The translations under genes and the position numbers were made by a program. From Ascoidea asiatica JCM 7603 (Eukaryota; Fungi; Ascomycota), in NCBI GenBank assembly GCA_001600695.1, contig BCKQ01000004.1, forward strand, positions 1,354,321 through 1,418,320: 64,000 nt of DNA, written 5' to 3'. Under the pieces are notes generated by a model. The model was not told where the DNA came from, ran no database searches, and saw only the letters and a program-made list of their open reading frames with translations. This document shows positions 36,922 to 48,936 of the stretch, piece after piece. How positions within the stretch are numbered: the first letter of the stretch is position 1; every line of letters starts with the position of its first letter.

Positions 36922-38451
36922 TAAAGGAGATGGATTACCTGAATTGAAAGTATTTTTTGAATTGAAAGTATTTCTATTATTTGCTAAATTTGATTTACTA
37001 TTTGGAGCAATAGCATAATTTGAAGGATTTTCCATTAAATATTGATTTTGTTTATTTAAAAATGGAGATTGATTACCATTTGGAGTATTTAAACCTGAAT
37101 TTGAATTAATTATATTATTATTATTATTAATATTATTACTATTATTTGTATTTTGATTAATTAATGGAGAAATATTTGGATTATTATTTAAATTATTATT
37201 TGAATTTATGTTATTATTATTATTACTTAAATATTTTGAATTGGATCGCATTTGTTGTGGAGATAAAGCAATTCTTTGTTTTGAATAATTTGGTAAACCA
37301 TTTACATTTTGAATTTGATTATTATTTGAATTAGATATATTTGTATTTGGATTTGTATTAGCGTTTATATTTGTATTATTATTATTATTAGTTGTTGTAT
37401 TATTGTTATTATTATTATTGGCGGTTGTATTATTATTATTATTGTTGTTATTATTATTTTGATGATGATGTCTTCTTGGATTTGGATTACCATAACCATG
37501 TAAATTTGGTTTTTTATTAATCAGATAATCCCAACCTTTTGAATTATTTAAATCCATCCAATCATAATGACCATCATCTTTTTGATTTATTGAAATTAAA
37601 GCATTATCCATTAAATTTCTTAAATAATCATAATTTGGAGTTTCATCAAATTTTAAATTTCTAACATAATTTAAATATTCAGCAAATTGAATTGGAAAAC
37701 CAGAACATAAATCAGTTACAATTGTTGATTGTTTTTTTTCACCAATTTTTTCATATTTTTGTTTATTTGTTGGAGCTTTTAAACCTTGCCAAGGTAAAGA
37801 ACCTCTTAAGAAATACATAAATACATGACCTAAAGATTCTAAATCATCTCTTCTTGATTGTTCTCTACCAAGATGAGTATTTATTGACATATATCTTGCA
37901 GTACCAGATAAAGATTTTCTTTCTCTATATGGTATATGTTGTTTAGTTTTTGGATCTCTATAATATTTAGCCATACCAAAATCTACAGTAAATATTAAAT
38001 TTGGATTTTTTGATTTTGGATTTGCAACTAAAAAATTATCTGGTTTTATATCTCTATAAATTAAATTATTTTCATGAATTGTTTGAACTCTTGAAATCAT
38101 TTGTTTTGCAATTAAAATTGTTGATTTTATTGAAAATTTTCTACCACACCATTCAAAAAGGTCTTCTAATGATGGACCTAATAAATCCATTACTAAAATA
38201 TTATGTAAACCTTCTTGACCAAAATAATAAGCATTTGGTATACCAATAGAACCAGATAAGATTCTATAAGCTCTATATTCATCTCTTAATTGAGGAGCTT
38301 CAGATTTTCTTGGTTCAAATTTAATTGCAACTTGTTGATTTGTTAATAAATTTAAACCTTCAAAAATTATTCCAAATGAACCTTCACCAATTTTTTTACC
38401 AACTCTATAATGTACACCAACTACATTTGAAGAATGAACTTGAGCAGACAT
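36718..38451 (-). CDS. YCK3: Palmitoylated casein kinase I, Yck3-like
   Basis: CK1 domain (IGEGSFG, LLGPSLEDLF, YRDIKPDN, SLSGTARYMSIN), short N-terminus, DDGHYDWMDLN..KGW, HGYGNPNPR, C-terminal KLCCCL. Confidence 0.8.
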
Positions 38452-38811
38452 TTTTAATAGATTATATGTATATGTATATGTATATATATATGTATATGTT
38501 TATGTTTATGTTTATGTTTATATTTAAATGTATTCTTTTTTTCTTATATTGATTATTAATTTATAACTTCATTAAGAAGTTAGATTAAATGAAATACAAA
38601 ATAGGAGAAATTGATTGATTAATTAAATTAATTGATTGATTGATTGATTGATAAAATCTTAAAAGATAGAATAATAAAAAGTAATTAATGAAAGATATAG
38701 TTAATGGAAAATAAAAGTGTAGAATGTATAAATTTGATAGATAATAATAAAGGAAATCTTCTCTCTCTACTGAATGAAGAGATACTGATACTGATACTGA
38801 TACAGGTAAAG

Positions 38812-38850
<39 letters not shown>

Positions 38851-39403
38851 GTGAGTAAAATAAAGGTTCTTTTGTTCTTGTTCTTTTGTTAGAAACAGAC
38901 TGAGATTGGCTGTCGTTGGGTAAAAAGTGAGTAAACAGACAGTAAACAGACAGTAAACAGGAGTAAACAGTGATTGTGATCGTAGCAGAAGTGTCTGGGA
39001 ACAGACAAACCAGCGCTGCAGCGAGACGGAGGCTGGCACGTGCAGAGATGCTGGTCACGTGCTAATCTTTTCTTTCTTTTTCTGTTTGCTGCTCTCAGAC
39101 AAATTCAAATTCAAATTCAAATTCAAATTCAAATTCAAATGGAAAACAGGGTGACGGTGCACACGTGATAACACTAGCTCAGCCACCGAGAAGAAAAATC
39201 AAGTTCTAAATCACATGGTATACGTCAGGTGACTGTTAAAGCCCCGTTTATATTATTTTTTGGTTTTAAAAATAATGTGCTTATCCACACTGCGGCTGAG
39301 TTATTACTTCTTTGATATTTCAACATATACACAATTACACTTCCCTATTAGGTAATATTATTACTCTATTTATTATACTACTACTACTATTGTATTGTAT
39401 CTA

Positions 39404-41173
39404 TTAAATATATAAATAATTTAAATTTTTTAATCTTCTCATATTTTTAAATTTTACACGAAATGGTGTTTTAATCTTAAGATATTTTAATGATATTGGT
39501 AAATCATTACAATCTATAATTCTTAATCCACTAAAACTTAAATCTAAATATTTTAAATTTAAACATTCATTAAGTTCTTTTGGAATTTTATTCATATTTA
39601 AATAATTAATAATTAAAATTTTTATATTTTTTGAAAATTTTGAACAATCAAATTCAACAATTGGATTATTTGATATATTAAGATAATTTAATTTTGAAAA
39701 ATTTAAACTTTCTTTAAAAATTCCTTCATTTTTAATTAAATTTGAATTAATTTTTAATAATTTTAAATTTGGTATTAATTTTGAAAAAAAATTTGGAATT
39801 TTTTTAATTTTATTAAATGATAAATTTAAATAATTTAATTCATTTAAATTTGGAAATTCTTCAATATTTTCAATTTCATTATAATATAATGATAATTTTT
39901 TTAAAAAAATTAAATTTTTTAAATATTTTGGTAAATTTTTTAATCCAATTTTTTCAATTTTTAAAAATTTTAAAAATTTTAAAAATTTTAAATTTTTTAA
40001 AAAATTAAAATTTAAATTTAAATTTGAAATACCTGATAATGAAAAAATTTTATCTACTTCAATATTAATTTCTAATGATTTTAAATTTATCATATCTTTA
40101 ATAATATTATTTAAATCAATTTCCATAATATTACAATCAATAATTTGAAATTTTTTAAGATTTTTAAAAATTTCTAAATTTGAAATTTTTTTATAATCTA
40201 TACAACTTATTGTTAAATCATTATTAATTAATTTTAAAATTTTTAAATTCTTATTATAATTTAAATAATTTAATATATTATCAAATATTGAAAAAAATTT
40301 TCTTCTATTATCTTTAATTGTTAAAATTTTAATATTATTCATTAACATTAATTTACTTGAAATTTCATTTTTTATACAATACTTTTTTTCCAATTTTAAT
40401 CCTGATTTTAATTTTAATTCTAATTCTAATTCTAATTCTAATTCTTTTTTTAATTCTTTTTCTTTTTCTTCGTCAATTTCATTATCTTCATAAATTTCTT
40501 TATTGATATTTGTTTCATTAATTCTATTTGAAATAATTCTTCGAAATAATCCAATTCTATCTCTACGATTTTTTAATTTAAAAAATTCTTTAACAGCTTT
40601 TATACGTGAATTAATATCATCATTATCTTCTTCTTTTTCTTTTCCTCTTCCATTATCTGGTCCTTCTATTATTTCTTCAACAATTTGATTTGGAAATAAT
40701 TCAAGATTCTGTAATGTAATTGTTAATTCTTTAATTGAATTCATATTATTAAATGAAATTTCATAATTATTTATTGAATATCCATCTTTGAAATAAAAAA
40801 AATTAAATTTCTCAGTTTCTTTATATTTTGACCTATTTATATTATCTTCATCTTCTTCTTCATCTTCATCTACTTCTTGATCTATATCTTCATCTTCATC
40901 TACTTCTTGATCTATGTCTTCATCTTCATCTACTTCTTCATCTTCATCTTCATTTTCATTGTATTCATTTTCATTACATTCATCAATTTCAGTTACTGAA
41001 AGTACAGAAAATCTAATATTAACGGAACTTATAAGTCTATCATATGCACATTTCTGAACTAATGAATTACCTTGTTCCTTATTTATAAATGATAATAAAA
41101 ATAATTTATCAATTGAAATATATTTAAATATTTCTTCAATTATATAATCTGGTACTTCTTTTAATAAAATCAT
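39404..41173 (-). CDS. F-box-like + leucine-rich-repeat protein
   Basis: N-terminal LKEVPDYIIEEIFKYI (F-box-like), acidic tract, multiple LxxLxLxxN repeats (LKKLSLYYN, LNYLNLSFN, LKLLKINSN, LNYLNISNN). Confidence 0.75.
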   Translation of the reverse strand: MILLKEVPDYIIEEIFKYISIDKLFLLSFINKEQGNSLVQKCAYDRLISSVNIRFSVLSVTEIDECNENEYNENEDEDEEVDEDEDIDQEVDEDEDIDQEVDEDEEEDEDNINRSKYKETEKFNFFYFKDGYSINNYEISFNNMNSIKELTITLQNLELFPNQIVEEIIEGPDNGRGKEKEEDNDDINSRIKAVKEFFKLKNRRDRIGLFRRIISNRINETNINKEIYEDNEIDEEKEKELKKELELELELELKLKSGLKLEKKYCIKNEISSKLMLMNNIKILTIKDNRRKFFSIFDNILNYLNYNKNLKILKLINNDLTISCIDYKKISNLEIFKNLKKFQIIDCNIMEIDLNNIIKDMINLKSLEINIEVDKIFSLSGISNLNLNFNFLKNLKFLKFLKFLKIEKIGLKNLPKYLKNLIFLKKLSLYYNEIENIEEFPNLNELNYLNLSFNKIKKIPNFFSKLIPNLKLLKINSNLIKNEGIFKESLNFSKLNYLNISNNPIVEFDCSKFSKNIKILIINYLNMNKIPKELNECLNLKYLDLSFSGLRIIDCNDLPISLKYLKIKTPFRVKFKNMRRLKNLNYLYI

Positions 41174-42031
41174 TATTATAACCTAAAATCCATTCAAAAT
41201 AACTTGATATTATTCTTCTTCCTTAATATCCTTTCAATTTTTGAACAGTCAACAATATTTATATAGACATATTCATTCATATCATTCTCTTCTTGATATT
41301 TCATCTTTTTGTCATCTCATATTTTCATTTCCTCTTTCATTTCTATATTTATTCTATTGTTTATTTCTGTTTATTTTCCTGCTTCTTGGTATATCTTCAA
41401 ATTAGTTACCATATTGAAAATTCGTAAATATAAGGCCCAACAAAATGGTCTCAATACGCCCCTACTGCGTGCTACACTTTTATACACTAATAAACCTACC
41501 TTTGCATTACATCCTCACCACTGGTAAACACCACTTACTTGGCGCTTCTTCCCAATCCGGAATCTTGAAACGCCTGATCGAATGTTTTTCAGATTTATTT
41601 TTTATTCGTTTCCAAATCGAATGGAAACTGACCCTTAATTTTAATAATAATAATAACAATAATAATAACAATAATAATAACAATAATAATAACAATAATA
41701 ATAACAATAATAATAACCTCAATCACTTTAATAACTTCAATTCATTTGGATCAAATACCCATTTTAGAAATATTATTGGTTATCAGTTTACTAATTATAT
41801 TCAAATTTCCATTGTTTACTCTACCTATTTACTTATTGCAAATCGAATCAAATCAAATCAAGTCAAGTCATTACACTCATTATAATTTAACTTTACTCTT
41901 TTGTCAATTTACATTATTTCACTCACACTAAAAATTTAATTAAATATAAAAATATTTCCATAATTCAATAACTTGATAATAATCAATAAACTTATTAATT
42001 TAATTGATTTTCTTTACATTACCAATCATAA

Positions 42032-43492
42032 ATGGGTAAAATAACAAGAGTAAGAACTGGTTGTTGGACTTGTAAATCAAGAAGACGTAAATGTGATGAA
42101 GGTAAACCACAATGTCAAAATTGTTTAAAATCAAATAGAATTTGTGAAGGTTATGATTTAAGATTAACCTTTGATGTGGATGATAAAAGATCAAAAGGTA
42201 ATTTTATTTCAAAAAATTCAAAAGGTGAATTAAAATATGGGTTCAGAGGTAGACCAACTATTCAAAATAATCAATTCATTAATATCAATAATAATAATAT
42301 TAATAATAATAATATCATAAAAAATGAGAATGAGATTATACAAATTGAAAAAAAAATTAAATCGAAATCTGAATCTAAAACTTCAAATAATAATAATAAT
42401 GTTCAGTCTTTGAAGAAAAATAACAAAGATGACAAGAATATTAGTAATTCTAAATCAAAATCAAAACTCAATGAAGATCCTATAATACTAAATAATACAC
42501 AACCAATAACTAATCAATCGAATAATCAATTGAATGATCTTTCAAATGATCTTTCAAACGACTCTCAAAATCCATTAATTCCTGAACCTGTTCCTATATC
42601 GATCTCAAATTCAAACTCAAATTCTATCACTAATCAGCCTACTGAACATATAAATATAAATGATAATAATAACACTGACACTGACAGTACTATTAAAGAA
42701 AATGGGAATGAAAATTCTGATGATATTGAAAACCATATTGATAATAAAGATGACAATAATGATACTAAAAATAATAGTGATAGTAATAGTATAAACTTTA
42801 AAAAGAAAATTTATTCTAATAAATTGTCTTTCATAAATGAAATCATTGATCCAAATAATCCATTCAATAATTTATTCAATAATTTATCTGGAATCTTAAA
42901 AAACAACAATAACAATAACAATACTAATAATAGTCTTAGTATTTCTCAAAATTCAAATGATATTCAAACAAAAACTAATAATATAACTTATAATAATAGT
43001 AACAATAATGACCCTAATAACCATAATGACCATAATGACCATAATGACTTTCATACTGATAATGACATTAATCCTATAGAATCTGATAATATTTTATATA
43101 ATGGTTTAAATTATCTTTTAAATAATTCAATTATTCCAAATAAAGATATACATAATAAATCTCATAATTCACTAATAAATAATTCATCAATTAATAATAA
43201 AGATTATAATAATAACAATATAGATTCTAATATAAATGAAAATTATAATATTGATCCAAATTTCTTCAATAATGTTGAAGATTTTAGTACTTTTAATAGT
43301 TTAGAATTCAATAATAATTCAATTATAAATAATGAATATATATCAAATAATTTAAATTCAAATACTAATACAAACTTAAATACAAATTTAAATAATAATT
43401 TCATTCCTACTCATAATATTCATCATAATTATAATAATAAATTAGTTAATGTTGAAAAAAATTTAAGATTAAATAATAATAATAATAATAAC

Positions 43493-43531
<39 letters not shown>

Positions 43532-44890
43532 GATAATAATGATATTGAACAATTTATAAATAAAAATACAAATTTATATTCAAAAGAAGTTAAAACTTTT
43601 GGATTATCATTATCTTATAATCAAGAAAATTATATGTTAAGACATTTTTTTAAAAAATTATTACCATTATTAGATGCTCATCCAAATTCTCCATGGCCAG
43701 ATTTAGCATTAAAATATTGTGATTTTGAGATTGCAAAATCATGTTTTATATCTTTAAGTTGTATACATTTATATGAAACTAAAGGTAATAAAGAATTTTA
43801 TAATAAAGGTCTTTATCATATTAATAATACTTTAAATTATTTAATCAATTATATTTATCAAGATAATTGTAATAATAATTCAATGAATAATTCTATGAAT
43901 AATTCTAATAAATCAAGTCCGAAAATAGTGGTAGATTCTCCAGAAAGTTTAACTTCAAATAATAGTAGTAATAATAGTAATAATACAAAAAATGTTAAGA
44001 ATCTTAAAAAACAAAATAGTTTTTTTGTAATATTATTATTAATTTTAGTTCATTTATTATTTGGAGTAATTGAAAGTGGTAGATCATCATTAGTTCGAAT
44101 TTTTTTAAGAATATTTGCAAGTATTGCAGAAGATAAAAAATCTTTAAAAGAAATTGAACAAAGTCAAGCAGTGATTTGTGTATTATCATGGTATGATACA
44201 ATTACAGCTTTAAGTTCACCAGATTGTAGATTACCATATAGTAATCCAGATTGGTATGGTACAAAATATGATTCAATTTCAATGAATAAATTTTTAGGAT
44301 GTCCTGGAGAAATATTTACAATTATTTATAAATTATGTTTTTTTAAAAGAGATATAAAATATAATAATAATAATTTATTTAAAAATTCAGAAGATGAAAA
44401 AAATTTAATTTCTAAAAGATATAAAGATTTAAAATTTGAATTTTTGAATTATAGAGATTATTTAATTTATTCAAATTGTGAAAATGAAGATCATTATATT
44501 TTAAGATTAAAAGGAGCAAAATGTTGGATATTAAGTTGTCTTATAATTTTAGAAAAAAATTATTGTCAATTTGTAAATGAAAGTTATAAAGAAATAAATA
44601 ATGGATATATTGATGAATTTATTCATACTTATAAAACTATGGATTATAAATCACCAATTATTACACAAATGGTTTATCCAGTTTTTTTAATAGCTTGTGA
44701 AAGTGTAACAATTTATCAAAGAGAAAATTCATTATCATTTATTAATCAATTATATGAAACTGTTAAATTAGGTAATGTAATAACTTTAAGAAATATTGTT
44801 GATGAAATATGGCAAACAGGAAAATCAGTTGAAGATATTTTAACAGGAAAAGATTGGCTTGAAAGTGGAATAGACTTTTTACCATTGTGA
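42032..44890 (+). CDS. Zn(II)2Cys6 transcription factor with Fungal_trans_2-type C-terminal domain
   Basis: RTGCWTCKSRRRKCDEGKPQCQNCLKSNRICEGY; C-terminal LSWYDT and YPVFLIACE motifs. Confidence 0.9.
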
Positions 44891-45208
44891 TATATTGATG
44901 AATGAAAATTTATTCATTTCTTGTATATTAAAAAGAGCTTCACTTCAAAGCTTCCATTATTTGACCTTTATAGATTATAGATTATAGACTCAAGTGTATG
45001 TATATTTCCCTTTCTTTTCATTCTGCTCATTTATAGATTATAATATAATATAATATAATATAATATAATATAATATAATATAATATAATGAATATACCTC
45101 TTCATATACTCATGTTCCTTTTAGGATCACTGCTGCGTATATATACACAGCCTGTTTAAGAACAGCCAATCAGAAACGGACACCACAAAACCGGTCTCAG
45201 CCGTGTCA

Positions 45209-45560
45209 CCCCACCGCTAAATGCTAACCAAAGTCAAAACACACTCAAAAACACACAGAGAAATAAAACACAAAGTGATAAAATGAAAAAATAATAGAGT
45301 AGTGGAATAATAGAATAATAGATTAAAGGTGTTCCAGCGAGTGGAGTCGAGGAAGTGATAATGACTGTGGTGGTAACTACTAACACTACATCCTGGGGTG
45401 AATGATGCGTAAATCAATGAATATGGTATAGTATTAAATAATGTTGAATTCATGGAGCTGGCTGCAAGAAGTGAAACTAGTAACTTAACTTACTGAAATA
45501 CTATTTGATACTAAAAACTAGCTTTATTTCCATAATCCCCCGGTGGAGAGAAGTCTGGGG
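45209..45560. promoter_or_regulatory. Cluster of Mig1/CreA-type SYGGRG boxes upstream of the LAC12-like transporter
   Basis: CCCCAC 45209, CTGGGG 45393, CCCCGG 45538, GTGGAG 45543, CTGGGG 45555. Confidence 0.5.
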
Positions 45561-46128
45561 AGAATGTCACGAAAGATCTTTACGAACTCTTTGTTGCATA
45601 TTTGTACCAGTTTGCATAACATCTTCTTAAGATGTCTTTTACGTTGACCTGAAAGAGACTGATCAAGAAAGTGTGCCCTTACTTTGATTAGCATTGCATT
45701 TGATGTCATATACCACTTTTAATGGGTTCAATATTTTAATGATAACCTTTGTTTTTGATTCTAAAACTATTACAAACCGGTGTTTCTTTTCTCCAATAAA
45801 GGGAGATTTTTTTTCTTTTAATTCTTTTATCGGAATAACTGAAAGAAACCACAGATCCAAAACAAAAAAAAACTAGATTGAGCTTCAATTTTAATTCCGA
45901 TTAATGAATAATACAAATATCATTTTATTCATATTAGACTTATTTTTAATATGGTAATTACTTTATTTGGTATAAAAAGGAATCAAAAACTCCATGCTAT
46001 TCAATTGATTCAATTTTAGTATTTTTTTTTTTTTTTTGTTTTTTGTAATCAATAAATATAAATAATAGAAAACAAATAATAGAATATAAAAAATAGAATA
46101 TAAAAAATTATAAAAAACAAAAAAAAAA

Positions 46129-47787
46129 ATGTCAACTGAAGAAAAAGTTATATCACCTGAAAAAGCTGAAACACCTGAGAATGTTGATAAAAATGAGAAA
46201 ATTTTTGCACCTCATAAACCAAAAACAAAATGGGATAAGATTTTTTCTGGAAATATGAGTGATGAATTTTCTCCAATTGAAGAAGTAACTCCAAGTTTTG
46301 ATAAATTTTGGATTCATATACCTCATTTAAGAAAATTAAATGGTATTATTTTTCTTATATCTTTAGCTTCAACAAATTGTGGTTATGATGGTTCTGTAAT
46401 GAATAGTTTACAATCAATTGATGATTGGGCTAATAAAATGGGTAATCCTTCTGGTAATACTTTAGGTTGTTTATCTAATGGTGTTGCTTTTGGTGTTATT
46501 TTAGGTTTACTTTTAACATCTTTTGTTGTTGATAGATATGGTAGAGTTAAAGCAATGGCTTTTGGTAATATGATTACTGTTATTGGTGCTATAATTCAAG
46601 TTTGTACAGTAAATTATGCTCATATGTTAGTTTCAAGAATAATTATTGGTTTTGGTTTACCTTTTGGTCAAGTTGCTGCACCTTCTTTAGTATCTGAATT
46701 AAGTTATCCATCTCATCGTCAAGTTTGTACAGCATTTTATAATACATGTTGGTATTTAGGAGCATTTATTGCAGCTTGGGTTTGTTATGGTACAAAAAAT
46801 ATTAATAGTAGTTGGTCATGGAGATTACCATCATTATTTCAAGGATTATTCCCATTAATTCAATTAATTTTTGTTTTTTTTATGCCAGAAAGTCCAAGAT
46901 GGTTAATTTCAAAAGGTAGATATGAAGAAGCAAGAAATTTATTATTAAAATATCATGGTGATGGTGATGAAAATCTTGCAGGTAGATTAGTTGATTTTGA
47001 AGTTTTAGAAATTGAAGAAGTTTTAAGAGAAGAAAAAGCTGGTAAAAGTACAGGATATTTAGCATTAATTCAAACACCTGCAAATAGAAAAAGAACATTT
47101 ATTGTAATGTTTACATCACTTATGATGCAACTTTCAGGTAATGGATTAGTTTCATATTATTTAAGATTAGTTTTAATTTCTATTGGTATTACAAGTTCAG
47201 ATCGTCAATTATTAATTAATGCAAGTTTAATGACATATAATATGGTTTTAGCAATGGGATTTGCATTTATGGTATTTTTATTTAAAAGAAGAACAATGTT
47301 TTTAATTTCAGTTGGATCTATGGGTATTACATATATTATTTGGACAATATTATCAGCAATTAATCAACAAAGAAATTTTGAAGATAGTAGTCTTGCAAAT
47401 GGAGTTTTAGCAATGATTTTTCTTTATTATTGTGCATATGATTTTGGTATGAATGGATTACCAGTTTTATATGTTTCTGAAGTTTTACCATATTATTTAA
47501 GAGCAAAAGGTTTTACAATTTATCAATATGGACAACAAATTGTTGGACTTTTTAATGGATTTGTTAATCCAATTGCTATGGATGCAATTGAATGGAAATA
47601 TTATATTGTTTATTGTTGTATTCTTGGAGTTGAATTTTTTGTTGTTTTAACAACATTTCCAGAAACTAGTGGTTATACTTTAGAAGAAATTGGAAAAGTT
47701 TTTGGTGAAGATATTGCAATTTTTAATCCAGGTAATTTAGATCAAGATGAAAAAGATGAAAAAGTATCTCATAAAGAAGATGTTTAA
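46129..47787 (+). CDS. MFS sugar porter of the LAC12 / cellodextrin (CDT) transporter group
   Basis: GYDGSVMNSLQ, DRYGR, SELSYPSHR, FYNTCWYLG, WSWRLPS, PESPRWL, QLSGNGLVSYY, YVSEVLPY.LRAKG, PETSGYTLEE. Confidence 0.88.
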   Translation: MSTEEKVISPEKAETPENVDKNEKIFAPHKPKTKWDKIFSGNMSDEFSPIEEVTPSFDKFWIHIPHLRKLNGIIFLISLASTNCGYDGSVMNSLQSIDDWANKMGNPSGNTLGCLSNGVAFGVILGLLLTSFVVDRYGRVKAMAFGNMITVIGAIIQVCTVNYAHMLVSRIIIGFGLPFGQVAAPSLVSELSYPSHRQVCTAFYNTCWYLGAFIAAWVCYGTKNINSSWSWRLPSLFQGLFPLIQLIFVFFMPESPRWLISKGRYEEARNLLLKYHGDGDENLAGRLVDFEVLEIEEVLREEKAGKSTGYLALIQTPANRKRTFIVMFTSLMMQLSGNGLVSYYLRLVLISIGITSSDRQLLINASLMTYNMVLAMGFAFMVFLFKRRTMFLISVGSMGITYIIWTILSAINQQRNFEDSSLANGVLAMIFLYYCAYDFGMNGLPVLYVSEVLPYYLRAKGFTIYQYGQQIVGLFNGFVNPIAMDAIEWKYYIVYCCILGVEFFVVLTTFPETSGYTLEEIGKVFGEDIAIFNPGNLDQDEKDEKVSHKEDV

Positions 47788-48066
47788 ACATTTAATTTTT
47801 TAAAAAATGAATTTTTATTCTTAATTGTTTTCTTTTTTTTTTTTTTTTAAATCCCTCTGGTTTTGTTTTTGTTTTTGTTTCTCAAGTTGATTTTTTTTTT
47901 CTTTTCTTAGTCTTGATGAATATTTTTATCTATCTTATATACATTTTTATAAAGTTTATAAAGTTTATAAAGTTTATAATGTTTATGATAACTTATTGAA
48001 TAAAAATAATATTTTTTAATAAAAACTATTCAAATTAAATAATTTAACAATATTATAAATAAAAAT

Positions 48067-48169
48067 CGACATTGGCAGGACTCGAACCTGCGCGGGAAAT
48101 CCCAAAAGATGGCCACAACTACATTGGTTATATTCAAGTCTTTCGCCTTAACCACTCTGCCACAATGCC
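48067..48169 (-). tRNA. tRNA-Ser(UGA) with 22-nt intron
   Basis: GGCATTG/CAATGTC acceptor, anticodon arm AAAGA-CT-TGA-A[intron]A-TCTTT, long V-arm GGG-ATTT-CCC, GGTTCGAGTCC, G73. Confidence 0.93.
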
Positions 48170-48281
48170 TTTGATAATGTTTCTGGGAAAAGGGGTAAAT
48201 TCATTTAAGCATAAAATCACTAAAATAAATGTAATGTCAAAGCTTTTTTGAACATAAACATTGAATGTATTATACAGATTT

Positions 48282-48352
48282 GCGTAAGTGGTTTAGTGGT
48301 AAAATTCGACGTTGCCATCGTCGGGCCCCCGGTTCAATTCCGGGCTTACGCA
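48282..48352 (+). tRNA. tRNA-Gly(GCC)
   Basis: GCGTAAG/CTTACGC acceptor, CGACG-TT-GCC-AT-CGTCG, GGTTCAATTCC, downstream T-run. Confidence 0.96.
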
Positions 48353-48652
48353 TTCAAGTTCTTTTTTTTAATCAACTTTTTTTTTTTTTTTTTTTGTTTT
48401 TACTCAAATATGTTTTGTTTATATATTTGATAAAAATAATATATTATCAAATATCATTAAATATGGTATAAATTTATAAGTGTGAATATTATTTGTTTCA
48501 ACTTTTTTGAATATCTAAAATTATCAAAAAAAAAATGAATTCAATATTGAAATTAAAAAATTACTTCTAAAGATTTTGATAGTATCCATACGATAAACAA
48601 ATAACCAATAAAATGTAGAACGAAGACCTAAAAAAAAGAAAAGGTTTGTTGA

Positions 48653-48753
48653 TGAAACTGACAGGTCGAACCTGCAACCCTTCGATTGCAACTCTCCTTC
48701 CGAATAATCGAAACAAACTGGAGTCGAAAGCTCTGTCATTGAGCCACAGCTTT
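48653..48753 (-). pseudogene. Degenerate intron-containing tRNA-Trp(CCA)
   Basis: Matches yeast tRNA-Trp (GTGGCTCAAT..AGAGCTTTCGACTCCA[intron]ATCGAAGGGTTGCAGGTTC) but has an A1:C72 mismatch, D-loop GGT>GAC, and a 2-nt T-loop deletion (GGTTCGACC). Confidence 0.8.
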
Positions 48754-48862
48754 TTAACTATAAGACATATTGGAAAGACTGTAAGAAGCATAGAATACCA
48801 ACATGTTTCACTAATTATTTTAGAAATGATAATTGAGAAATTAACAAAGCCAAAAAAACTAT

Positions 48863-48936
48863 TGATTTTGCCCAGGATCGAACTGGGGACGTTCTGCGTG
48901 TTAAGCAGATGCCATAACCAACTAGACCACAAAACC
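48863..48936 (-). tRNA. tRNA-Val(AAC)
   Basis: GGTTTTGTGGTCTAGTTGGTTATGGCATCTGCTTAACACGCAGAACGTCCCCAGTTCGATCCTGGGCAAAATCA. Confidence 0.96.

Noticed and set aside
45378-45384. TACTAAC in the LAC12-like promoter
   Set aside because: No convincing 5' splice site or nearby acceptor; likely chance
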